From positions 28,743,280-28,807,279 of the forward strand of contig CM119263.1 of assembly GCA_051294375.1 (NCBI GenBank): a stretch of 64,000 nt of DNA, written 5' to 3'. Under the pieces are notes generated by a model. The model ran no database searches. It had not been told where the DNA came from and saw only the letters and a program-made list of their open reading frames with translations. The translations under genes and the position numbers were made by a program. The DNA comes from Paraspadella gotoi. Its lineage: Eukaryota; Animalia; Chaetognatha. Below, piece by piece: positions 1 through 12,589 of the stretch (position 1 is its first letter; each line of letters starts with the position of its first letter).

Positions 1-2498
1 CTGATTTATTGGTATGTGCGTTTCCTCTCAAAACTTGTATGAAAAGGGAAAAAGGGGATTATATAATTACGCTGGCAGGGAGGAGGTTTTAGGACTAACG
101 TTAAACGATTACTTAGTTTACTCCTTTTTTGAATAATCGTTGAATTCTACATTCCATGGTAACAAGATTCTTGGGGGCTGGGGTACTCTTTTACTTATTA
201 TCTATTGTCGAGCTGGGGAAAATTACCAAAATCATTCGTTGACGAATTGCACATTTTTTGGGGAGATAATTATGTTTTTGGATACTATATGATCGAGTTT
301 TTCATTATTAAGATCAAGTATACTCAATTATTTTCTCCATCCATAACTGTATAGGATGGATCTGTCATACATTTGTTTACTACATCCTCACCGTAGACAA
401 AGTTTAAATTAAAAATTCGTTCCAACCTGAGCAACCTTTTTCTCCAACCATTGTTGCATGAAATGTAGATTGAGTTAGTGGTAGGAGAAAAAATGGGAGC
501 TAATGTTGACAGCCCGGCGTAAACTTTCGCGCTCTTTTGTCTACTGCGTCGGTGTCAAATTTAAAAAGGTTCTTTTGAATATGGCAATCATTGAAATTGT
601 TTTATATGCTTCGTTTGTAACGTACCTGTTTAATAACTTGTTTACACTGGATGTCACTTAAAGACGAAGAAAAGAGGTTTAGGTCGCAGCCTTAGCAGCA
701 GTCGGTATCACTAGAGGCTTGATTTTGACAAACAATCCATCTTTTCCTAAGTCCAATTCAGCAACTAAAAGTGAAAGGTAATGAACGATATTACATTTAT
801 AGTTTTAGCCTTATTTAAGTGGAGAACAACAAGTTAAGATTCCTATTGTAAGAGATATATTCGGTGATTGCAATGGTTACGCTAATTAGGGCTGATTCAC
901 ATAAACATTTCCCTAAGGCGCATTTCAACTTCTTAATTAAACTTTTTGGTAAACGCCTTTAGTTTTTTTTTGATAAATTTATAAACTGTAGGGAATAATA
1001 ACAAATATAATTCTACGTATACATTTGAACAAAACTATATCATCGCTTACAATATCTGTTCAGCACATTAACTAAGGACTATCCACAAAATAGAAAAAAG
1101 GATAGGTTGAAAGTGAACTAAAAGAAGGCACGTCCCACCGTCATAAAAAAATCGTATATAAAACTCTGTAACAACCAATTAGATTAATTAATACATAATC
1201 GATAAATGTATTTTACCTGTGAAATCAAAGAAGTGTAAACGGGAGCAGCCGGAGGACGTCCGTTTTGGAAATAGATGCATGGATTTCATCAGAAACTAAC
1301 TGCAGTAGCAAAGAGTAACGAAAACCACGTAACTTGACACAGAGAAAAAGACAGCGAAATAACACGACTCAATGCGTTTTCTTCATTATTTCATCAATAA
1401 TTTATATAATGATATAATAACACACCACAGGAATAAATTACTAATACTTATTTAATTATGTCACTTTTATTATTATTTTTTTTTTTAAATCTAACTTTTC
1501 AAAACTTAATCCCATGTATCAATAAAATTTTTCAACACATAGGCGGAAGAGGAAATTCCTTGGGATAACTATTTGGAAAAGTGTAAATCCTAGAAAGATG
1601 AAATTAGCTTCTAGTCCAGAGAAAGACGGAAATAGAAAAATTAAATAGGATATAGTAGAAAAGAAAAAAAATTAAAACTAACGTCTGTTTGTAAACCATT
1701 TGCGCGGCAGTCTAAACTCGAAGCCAGTAAGAGAAGATTTAAAGATTTCGGCCCAAAATTTACGGTGAACTTTGAAAATGTAATTTTGAGCCCAAATTGT
1801 AAAAAAAGAGATCAGGTTTTAATTGATAAATGTAGTTCAAGAGAACATCAAGATTGTAGATACTATTTCGATCTATTTGATTATGACAAGGATCTATGGA
1901 ATCTTAGGTTATTGGGATAAAAATCTTTAATCGATATTTACAAACTTTTTCTATAACTAATTCTGTAATTATCACGCGCAAATGCGACCAAATAATAAAT
2001 AGGCGAGAAGAGAAACAAAAACTAATAATAGACTATAAATAGATAACGATATATATCACATGGAGCAAAGATATACAATAGCCACCCCCCCCAAGCCCCC
2101 TTCACCCTTCGTGTCAATCAGGCAATCGATTCAATCATCACCCCTTGGAGCCATGCGTCACACGTCCTCGTCACATCAGGCCCACTACCCCGAACCTCGG
2201 CGTGGTGGGGGGCCAGTGTGGGGCCCAGGGTGGGGGCCAAGAGGGGAAGGAACGGCGACGGTTGAGACTTTTATTGGCACTAAGGTTGGCGTTTGAGTTG
2301 TGATTGAACTATCGACAGGAAGGAATTTACGAAGATCGTCCACATGAGGAGGCTCGCCGCGACATCGACACGGAGTCACGAGCGGACGTGGAGGGGTGGT
2401 TTCGTTTGAGGGCTTGGAGGGGGTGAGAGGGGGTGTGAGGATAGGGCGTGCGGAGTAGGGCGGAATTAACGGCCTTACCAATTACTTGGCAGTGAGAG

Positions 2499-2565
<67 letters not shown>

Positions 2566-3734
2566 AGAGGAACAAAATTGAACAGCGAGGTAAAGAAGAG
2601 AGAGAGGAGAGAAGATAGAGAGACAGAAATCACGAGAGAGAGTAAGAGAGAGAGAGCCAAGAGAGAGAGAGGGAGAGCGAGATTTAGCGAGACAGAGAGA
2701 AGAGAGAAGATAAAAGCGATAATCGATAAGACAAGACGGGAGCCAGTGAGGGAAAGACTACAGCGGCCAGAGCAAAGCCAGAAAGCGCGGTTGATTTTCT
2801 AAACGGGGGGAGGGGGGCGGGGTGACAGGGGGTAAGAGGGGAGGGATGGGGCGCTAATGAAGGGAGCGGGGGATTTTTTGGAAGGGTAAACTGGAAAGTT
2901 TACGAGGGGTGATATTACAGGGGAGTATATGGGGCGTATAGAGGAGTATTAGGGAAAATTTAAGGAGTTGAAAGTTGGCGATAAGTTGAGAGGCTTATCA
3001 TTATCATTAATCTCAATATGGCTCATTATGCATTATCATTTCTTGAAACGAAAGTTTTATTTCGAAAAGTAGTGACACTAGTGACCGCAGGAGTGAGAGT
3101 GAGTGGTGTGAGAGCGAAATGGAAACGGTGAAGTCCTGATTGTTTTTTGTCAAAACTCGTTGGTCTCTCGCTTACACACCATGAAGAGATCCTTAGTAAA
3201 TACAAGACAAAGTAGAAAAAGTATAAACAACGTTAAACAATATTCGGCGAGTTAGATAGGTAAAGATCGACCTTGAAAGTTTATATCACACTTTTTATGA
3301 TAAGACGAACTTGGTTTAAAAGTGTGAGATTATAGTTAGGTTACATTAAGTAAACATTCTTTAAGATTCCAGCATCATTCCTGACTTTAGAGACCAATTT
3401 AGTTATGAATAAAGATAAAATTTGCGGTATCCAACGTTAGCGAGAATTACTGATATTGCCCTTTTTCGTTACGAGAGCAGCGAAAGCCAAAAAAAGAAAG
3501 TATATTGAAAGAAAAATGTGGCGGACGGTCCTTTTTACTTCTTGGTTTCCTTTTTGTCGAGTCAAGCCTGGTCAGTACATCATGGTCCAGGAATTACGGA
3601 AAACGGACGAAGGACAATTTCTAAATTACAAGCCGAGACTAATTCTTCCAACCAATTTCTTTTTCCTTTCTAGTTCGAACAGCTCAGGAGTTTTTTGGTT
3701 CATCACAGTCGGTTAGATTAGTCTTGGAATGGTA

Positions 3735-4165
3735 CATAAGACTTGAATAATAAATCTTGAGATGGCTCAGACTTGAATTGAATAAATGCTTGAAGATGGC
3801 AAAGACCTTGATAATAATATTGAAGATGGCTTGAGATTTTGAATGATAAATTCTTGAGAATGGCTAGAGACCTTGAATGATAAATCTGGAGATGGCTGAG
3901 AACTTTGATGACAAATCTTCGAAAAGAGCTGAGAATTTTAATGGTGAATCTAGAGAGTTCTGAGACCTTTGGAATGATTTATATCTTGAGATGCTTGAAA
4001 CTTTAAATGCTAAATCTTGAGATGCTGAATAATAAAACTCTTGAGATGCTAAGACTTTGATGATAATTCTTGAGATGACAGAGACTTTGAATGATAAATT
4101 TGGAATGACGGAAGACCTTGACCTAATAAATCAAAGACGATGAATATAAATCTTTCAAGATGACA
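3735..4165. repeat. ~31-bp minisatellite (AGACTTTGAATGATAAATCTTGAGATGGCTG)n; partner copy ~13655-13905
   Basis: About 13 degenerate units are visible. The array is shorter in block copy 2. Confidence 0.85.
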
Positions 4166-6808
4166 AGTTACTTTGGCAGCCGCCCATGTACGCTCTGACT
4201 CTGCAGTCAAGTCCTTGCCCGACAGGATAAGATAATTGATAACCGTCTGAATTGATTATGAGGTTTTGACATTCGAACTCTGGAGTAAGGAGTCTTCGCC
4301 GATTCAGGACGAGACAACCCGCAACGACAACAAACTACAACAGTGCGGGGGTAAGGAACTGATGACGACGACGAACGAACACGGACGACGACGACGCGGA
4401 AAAAACGCAAATTCCGTCAACCAATAACGACGAACAATAAACACGGAAAAACATTAAAACGAAAAACGAGTTTTTACGACAGTCAACTCGGCTCAAAAAA
4501 AAAAAAAAGAAAATTACATTTCAAAATGCATATTTTTTAACCTTTATTTAGCTTATATTTTTGTGAGACTTTTGTGTAACGCTTCCAAGTATTCATCAAA
4601 TTCACCTCTTTCGACTCTTATTCACCCAACTTTTCACTGACAAAACCAGAGCAAAGAGTTTTGCTTTCACACTTTAACGACATCCTGGTCGTGACTTTAC
4701 AACATCCGGTCGTCCAATCGTAGAGAGCGATTCGCGAAGTCCTTGAAGAATCTCAGGTCTTTTCCTTTCGCTCCTCTTTTCAGCTCCTCTTCCCTGCGCT
4801 CCTCTTTCAGCTCCTCTCCTTACCCTCTGCTCCTTCTCCTCCCAGATTCCAACACCGCGGACCAAATCAACCGTGACAACTTGAAGTGCGAAGGGAGAGC
4901 TGGGGATGTGGTCCAGGTGTGCTGACACTCAGATGATCAGTGGATAAGTGTACGAGCCGCCTACCGTGTAAAGTGAGCAAGGACGTTCGCGTAACGTATT
5001 ATCACACGTTACCGATTTGACAGATTATCGATTCAGTCGAATACGTATCACATTACCCAAGTCTCGTGGGCCTACGTCGTTTCGATCACGGAATGCCGCC
5101 TTACGTCTGCTCGGAGAGTACGGAAAGCAGCCTATCCGCGGTTCTAGTACAATCAAAACGCTCGAAAGCGCCACGCACGACCTTGGGTGATCGTGACCTT
5201 GCGATCAATCGTCATAGGAGCTTGTCGCGTCGCATTATGCTTGCGCTCGTATGACTTGGTCGAAAAAACACAGCCCCCCCCCGTTGGGGGTTTTGATTGG
5301 TTAAACCCGAAAACGGGGGAACAAAAAACCGGTACGAAAACAGTATCATTACTCTTATATATATTCGTGCTTCGTGGCACGGGTGTCTCTCTTGCTCGCG
5401 AAAATACAAGGTTGCTGACCTCAATAATGTTGTGTTGCTCTTCGAGCTATACAGTTGCAGGCCTCATATTTCCTCTGACTTGACCCGACCTGACCTGACC
5501 TGACTGGAGCCTGACCTAACCAGAGAGACTGTGACCGCACCGCGCACCGACCCGCACTGCAACTCACCTAGGGGTTCTCCACGCTGTGCTTCCGTCGCGC
5601 GGACACCGGATGCGTACTTAATCTCTGCTTCGAGCAACGCTGAAGAGGTCAACCATTCAAGTTACGCCCAGCGCGAGTGATTCAGTCCGGAAGTATCGCA
5701 AGGTCCGTGGGCGTTATCCTGGAACCGCCGTCCCGCGGCCCGAGCGGGGTCCCGAGTTCGAATCGGTTGGAAGCCGAAGTCACAGTGCCCTCTTTTATAA
5801 AGTCATGAAGACAATTTAGTCTGCACAGTCTATTCACCAGTCTTTCACAGTCCGTTTCCATAGGCCGCCCGTAACCTCCCCCCTAGTCCAACTTACTTCG
5901 TCCCGCGGATAACTCGCCAGGTCGCCACCTGCGTCTGGAAGACCAACGGGTTTTCCTCCTCCTCCTCCTCCATTCTTCTCCTTCTCCTCTCCTCCGTCCT
6001 CATGCAATATTCAATATTGCCTCTCGAATCAGTTTCCTCTTTCTCGAAATCCTGCTTCTCACTTTTCCAGAGGCAGAGACAGTGAGATCAAGCGGCGGAG
6101 AAAGGAAGCTGCATCTCTGAGGACAACTGAAGGTTATTATAGAACGGACGCGAAAATCCAAGGAAACTAAACATGAAACAATAAGGTACAACAAATATAA
6201 ACTCTAATTCATCTCATTTCATAAATCAGACTTAGATAACAGCTAGAGACGAAGAGAAAAAGTGGGATCATGCTGACAAAAAAAAGTTATGATCTTACAC
6301 CGTAGTGGTATAAAATCTTTATTTATGGATTTTATATGCCATCACATTAATTAAACCCTGATTGCAAATTCCTTGTGAAATCTCGATCGCACCTAAGGTG
6401 AATCTCATCGGCATTCCCCCTGGCGTCCGAGGAAAATAACAAAGAGTGAACAAATGATCTTTGCGCGGAGTAGAAGTCGCCCCTTCCGTCCTTGCTCCCC
6501 CTTCCTCCCTCCACAACCCAACCCACCTGATTGAAATTTCTTTTTTAAATTTCCTCTTTTCAACCCCTTCCACCCACTACCCAGTAACCGCGACACGCCC
6601 CCCAAAAAATCGAGTGATCAGCAGGCGTCCAAGATCTACAATCACATAGATTCACTTTTGTTTTATTTCACTTGCCGGTGATTCACCGACGGAAGAGATC
6701 GAAAAAAGACGTGAAGGCGTCCCCCCCCCCCCGGGCCCCCCATCCCCCCTCTCTTAATCTCGGGACTCACGCGGGGGATATTTCTCCATAATTTCTGACA
6801 GAGGAAGA

Positions 6809-6861
<53 letters not shown>

Positions 6862-8018
6862 AGAGAGTAGAAGGAGAGACTGAGGACGAGAGAGAGGAGA
6901 GAGAGGACCTAGCCTGAAAAGCTCGTCGGTTGGAATTTCGTTATTGCGGAGTTACGGTTTGGCGGAGTCGTTAAAAACGAGAAAGTTTTTATTAATATAA
7001 CGATATTTTTGTCTTTTTTTTTTTCAAGCTGCGCCGGCAACTACACGTATGGAATCTCCGTTCTTGTTTTAAAAAATTTCTAAATTTTTTTTAAAACGAC
7101 TTTATTAAGGAATGACTCGTTTGTATCGTTATGTATCTCTATATTATTAAATGTTAATTTCTCTCTCTTTCTCTCTCTCTCTCTCACTCTCTCTCTCTTC
7201 TCTCTTCTCTCTCTCTCTCTCATCTTTCCTTCTCTCTCTCTCCTCTCCTTTCCCTCTGCCTCTCCACCTCCTTAATATGCTAGTTGTAGCTAATGAAGAC
7301 CCCAGCAGAGTCATTAAGCTCTTGAATCTTTTTTTCCTGTCCCTGGGAGTTTCATTCTTTCCTTGTTAATGATTATTCTCTATAGTACTTATTCCTTTAA
7401 CACTTTAAATATAATCAACGGAGCAACGCACATTCGCAGACGCACGCACACGCAGCGTCCACGCATTCAGATCTACAGTCCCTTTTCTCCCTCTTGTAAC
7501 GCCATTTTCCTATTCAATATTTCTCTTCCTTTTTCAATTTATTCTTTGTTCTTCAATCGTCCGAGATTTGAAATCAGATGCGTTTTTGTTTTTTTTCTCT
7601 TGACTCATTAAATTTCCGACGACCTCTAACGACGACTTTTTCTTTGTTATCTTTGCGTTTGTCTGTTGACGGAAGTTGTCTTCTTTGTTCTTTTACCATC
7701 TCGTCACAATTCCTTATTTTTTATTGTTTAAACTACATTTTATGGCTTTTTTATTAATTTCTAAATTTTTTTTCTTTTTGTTTATTTTTCGAACGAGAAA
7801 GAAAATTATTTAAAATTCTCCTCTATTCTTTTCTTTTCCTCTCTTTTCTTTTCTTTTCTCCCTTTATTTTTCTTTTTCTTTCTCCTTTTTTTCTCCTTAT
7901 TCTTCCTTCGCATATCTTTTCTTTTTTTCGTTTCTTTTCTCATCAATTTATTCAAACGCCCAAAACATTCATTCATCCAACCTCCGCCGAATAGGATCAT
8001 AGCCCTGATCTAGAGAAG

Positions 8019-8108
<90 letters not shown>

Positions 8109-8193
8109 TACACTGGCTGTTCTCCTCGTGCCCACTCGTTCCTGATAATCTGTTTGTGTGGCGACTGTTGTAACGAGGATAAAACGGCGCCCA

Positions 8194-8225
<32 letters not shown>

Positions 8226-8623
8226 GCCACTGCCCACGAATCAATGAGTCTTGCGGGCGCCGCGTTTGTTTCGTTTCCGTCCGCCATTAGCGAACATCGG
8301 AGACCGAGATGTCTCCGTAGTGCATCTCGTTCTCTCTCTGTGTATCATTATTTTTGTACGCTCTATTTCTATGTATCTTGTTTTCATCTTTATTTCTATC
8401 TTTTTTCTTTCTTCTTTCTTCGTTCTTCTATTTCTTTCTTTTTTTCTTTATTTCTTTCTTTCTTTTCTTTCTTTCTTTTTTCTTTCTTTCTTTCTTCTTT
8501 CTTTCTTTCTTTCTTTCTTTCGTATCATCATTCCATATTTTTTTAAACTTTTTCCCTTTTTTTATTTCATTTTAGATCTTACTTTTTTTTCTTTCTTTCT
8601 TGTCTTATATTTCTCTTCTCTCG

Positions 8624-8697
<74 letters not shown>

Positions 8698-9654
8698 TCT
8701 CTNNNNNNNNNNNNNNNNNNNNNNNNNCTCTCTCTCTCTCTTTCGGTCGTTGACTCCGCCGATCAGGATTCTCATAAAGTCTCCAAGTTTTGGTCTTTGC
8801 GTCTCATGAACCAAACAAGCGACAGACTCGTTCATCTCAAAAACTTACTCAGCTCGGCTTTCAGTTTTCTTATAAATACCTTAACCTTTTTAAATTGGTG
8901 AGCTCTTGACTAGTATTTGACAAAATACAACAATAAAATATTTTTTCCTCACAATCCCATGTTCTTTCCTCACAATCAAATATTCTTTCCTCACAATACA
9001 ATCTTCTTTCCTCATAATACAATCTTCTTTCCTCAAAATACAATCTTCTTTCCTCACAATACAATCTTCTTTCCTCACAATACAATATTCTTTCCTCACA
9101 ATATAAACTTCTTTCCTCACAAAACAATCTTCTTTCCTCACAATCAAATATTCTTTCCTCACAATACAATCTTCTTTCCTCACAAAACAATCTTCTTTCC
9201 TCACAATCAAATATTCTTTCCTCACAATCCAATCTTCTTTCCTCACAATACAATCTTCTTTCAATCTTGGCCAGAGTCTCAATCTTCAACGCCATCTTTT
9301 TTTTCCGTCAGAATTTTTTGTCGTTCGCGATGAGGGAAGAAGCCACGCCCACAATCCGCTTGTTTGTGTTCTTCTTCGCCCCCAGCATCTTTAATACACT
9401 GATGTCTCTCTCTCTCTCTCTCTCTCTACACTCTCTCAATCCTGCTCTTTCGTCTATCTCGTCCTCTCTCTCTCTTCCTCGTCTCTTAAGTCGTGCTCTC
9501 TCTTCTCTCCTCCGTCTCTCTCTCTCTCTTTTCTCCTTTCTCTTCTCTCTCTGTCTCCCCCTCGCTTTTTACTTTCTCTCTCTCTCTCTCTTTTCTTTCT
9601 CTCTCTCTCTCCTCTCTTCTCTCCGCTCTCTCTCCTCTCGTCTCTCGTCCTCGC

Positions 9655-9685
<31 letters not shown>

Positions 9686-9775
9686 CCTCTCTCTCTTCCC
9701 CTCGCTCTCTGNNNNNNNNNNNNNNNNNNNNNNNNNCAAGATCATCCTCCTCCTTTTCTCTCATAAGCGGAGGAG
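4150..9775 (-). CDS. Fragments of an unidentified multi-exon gene (charged/coiled-coil rich), frameshifted by sequence errors; second copy ~14010-19950
   Basis: GC-richer islands between AT/AG-rich spacers. Combining both copies gives plausible peptides: IRKLKAELSKFFEMNESVACLVHETQRPKLGDFMRILIGGVND (~8745-8875), IMEKIPVESLIKEMATPSSFFVSSVGEIQR (~6670-6795), LKKRISEKRKLIREQILNIA (~6000-6070), RPDSAKTPYSRVMVKTYNQFSPVIKFLSCRQ (~4210-4315). No family recognised and boundaries are approximate. Confidence 0.45.
8935..9262. repeat. 21-bp minisatellite (TTCTTTCCTCACAATACAATC)~15-16; degenerate partner ~19240-19630
   Basis: Regular 21-nt period. The minus strand translates as (EERRLYC)n in ORF 8870-9295. 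Confidence 0.92.
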
Positions 9776-12589
9776 TTCGAGAAAAAGAAGGATGAGAAGG
9801 AGAACGAAAGAGAGAATAAGAAGGAGAATGAGAAGGAGAACGAAAGAGAGAATAAGAAGGAGAATGAGAAGGAAAAGGAGAAGGAAAATGTTTGGTTGAG
9901 ATACGTAGATAATGTAGAGGATATTAAGATTTTAAATGTTTAAATTGAAAAAAATAACTTAAGTTAAAAATGAAAAGAAATGAAAAGTGAAAAGATGAGA
10001 TTAAAAAAGATGATGAAAAACAATTAAAAAAAAAGAAGAAAAATGAAGAGAAATGAAGAAAAATGAAGAGAAATGGAGAAAAATGGGGGGAATAAAAGTT
10101 GCTTCTCGCAGATATTTTTTTATCTTACAATTTTTTTTCTTTTTTTTTCTTTTTCTTTCTTAATCTCGATTCGACCTNNNNNNNNNNNNNNNNNNNNNNN
10201 NNCTTTAAAACTGTAATATTTTTCAATACCATAAAAATGAAAAAACAAATTTTTAACTTTTTTTCAAAAAAGTATAAAGAGAAAAACTGCTGGATTTTTT
10301 ATACTATTTAACTTATTAGAAGTTCTAAAAATATTAAATTTATATCGTAATATTAAAAATATTATTCTATATTTCGGCTTCGCATTCGCACTTCGGTTCC
10401 CTCGAATTCCACTGCGGATGACGAATTCCGAAAAGATGAAAACCATCTATTACAACCAGATGTGTTTTGTGGCGACCCGAATACTCGAGTTAAAACTCTT
10501 TAAGTCGCTTATCGGTCGTCGGTCAGTCGGTACGACTGTTTATTCGATCTGTCCTTACATTTTAATTGCTCTAATTCAAGGTAGTAATGCATATTTTTTA
10601 ATTAATACTTACCTTTCTTATTTGTGCAGTAAACGTGTTCAGAAATCTCAGTGCCGCTATTTTACGTCTTCGCCTCAGAACCGCCTTAAACACCAATAAA
10701 TCAATTGAGACTACAGCATTGATCTCTATTAGAGAAAATGTGATCTCAGTCACTCTAGCTAGTTAAAACGAATACATATACCTTACATTACTATTTCGCG
10801 TACGTGCATTCTCTTCACGCTTAATACTCTAAATCATAACTATCTGACAATGATTAATTCCAACAAATAGTCGCCACTGATCTGGAAAACATTAAGATAC
10901 GCAAACACTACGTGATATATCGAAACCGAATGATGCCGTTTCGAAGATATTTCAAAACTCAGTTGTTTTTGTTACACAAAAATAAACCCTATTTAGTTTC
11001 TCTTTCCATTGCGAGCGGAATTTATATATTCAGCTTATACCCAATATTACACCTATTCCCAACCTCTATCATACCAGGATAACACCCGACAAAGCCAACT
11101 TGGGATCAATCAGACATCAGTGCATCCACATCCCGTTAGCCCATCCACTCGTAATCGCACTGCCGCCACAGAAGCATGCCATTTACCGATCTACTTTTAG
11201 CGATGCATTAGCCCTCACTACTTTAACAACGAAAGAATCTTGTTACTTTTAATGTCATTTTCTCGCGGACACGGAGGTAAGACCGTCGCTGGGGAAGAAA
11301 TGCCGGTCAATTCTTCGATTATTTTATCGGCGGAATAGATTAAATTTCTTTTTGGTCTGAGAAAAAGCGATGGTAAGTTCCTCTGTGGCGGCAAACAGTT
11401 TTTGGAACGTGGCGGCTAGGGTGAGGTATTGAGAGGGCAATGGTAAGTTTTTTTCGCGAGGACAGCATGGATTTGCGCGAATAGGCAGCGTGGTTGAAAT
11501 GTTGGGTTTTGAGTGGGCTGATATTGTGGGTTGACGAGCATGATTGGAATATGAACTACAGAAAGGTCAAGGTGACCATGAAAGACACAGAGAAGCGATG
11601 AACATGGGAGTGGAGAGGAGAGAGAAAACGGGGCATCGCTCGCCAAGAGACCGACACGAAAGGGAGAGGGAGGAAAGAAAGACAGGCTAGGGAAGGAGAA
11701 CAAGGAGGAAGGCCGGGGCGAGTACAGAGTAGGGGAAAAATGATAAAAGGAGGGATGGGGGAGAAGAGACAGAGGAGTGGGAGAAAAGGAAGAGTGAAAG
11801 GAAACGAAGAGGACTAGGAGGAACAGCTCTGCGCCTCTCCTCCGCGATAAAGCTGAGAGGAGATGCAGGATGCAAAAGGGAGCTCGGGCTGAGAGAGACA
11901 GCGCCTCAAGAGAGCTAAAGGGCGGCGCGGCATGATGAACGCGAGCGATCGCCGCAGAGGCGAAGAGAAACAGAACGACCGAGACGGTCGACGCTAGGAG
12001 CGGCGAACCCGAGACGCGCTGAGCGAGGACCATGTGCTGCGAGCGAGAGTATACAGCCGAGACATCGCTAATACCCTGGGACAGTGAGTCACCTGTCATA
12101 CGGTGAGAGCGAGATGACTGATCGAGAGGATGAGACGTCGATGCTAGAGAGAAGAGAGAGAGGATAGGAGAAGAGAGAGAAAGAAGAGAGAGCAATGAAT
12201 TAATAATTAATCAAGATTTAAGAATCCTTTCATTATTGAGATTAAAGTTAAGCGGGATTATCCGATGCCTGCCAGAATCAGATTAAAGTTAAAATGTATT
12301 AGATTTTGTCCGAATTGGAATTAATGTCTTAAACGAGTATTAAAGAAATCCTGCTCAATATGGAGATTAATTTAACCGAAGATTTAAGAATCCCCGCCCC
12401 GCCCAACGCCTGATTGAATTATAAAACGAATTTAGTCGGAAGGGAAGAAAGCGAATTCGTTGTGGACCACCACTGCGACTTGTGTACGTCAGGAGGACGC
12501 ATGAGGGAAGAGAGAGAGGAGAGAGAGAAGAGGAAGACGCGATGGGAGAGGAGCGAGAGGAGAGAGAAGAGGAGAGAGAGAGAAGATAA

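Larger units (their letters stand above)
2700..9775. repeat. Duplicated block A, copy 1 (~7 kb; partner ~12590-19942)
   Basis: Colinear matches throughout, e.g. ACGGGAGCCAGTG...TTTTCTAAACGGGGGG (2736-2810 vs 12621-12690), GGAGTAAGGAGTCTTCGCC (4282 vs 14111), GGCGGAGAAAGGAAGCTGCATC (6093 vs 16369), TTTTCTCTCATAAGCGGAG (9755 vs 19922). Differences are mostly scattered 1-nt indels. Confidence 0.9.

Noticed and set aside
5690-6130. Possible dynein heavy chain C-terminal similarity of the unidentified gene
   Set aside because: Only a vague helical resemblance in frameshifted sequence, with no AAA or other diagnostic motif.
2327-9899. Many SLSLSL/ERERER/Phe-rich ORFs here and throughout the window
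   Set aside because: They are translations of (AG)n/(CT)n and T-rich low-complexity tracts.
11416-12195. 259-aa minus-strand ORF
   Set aside because: It lies in garbled purine-rich low-quality sequence with no recognisable motifs.
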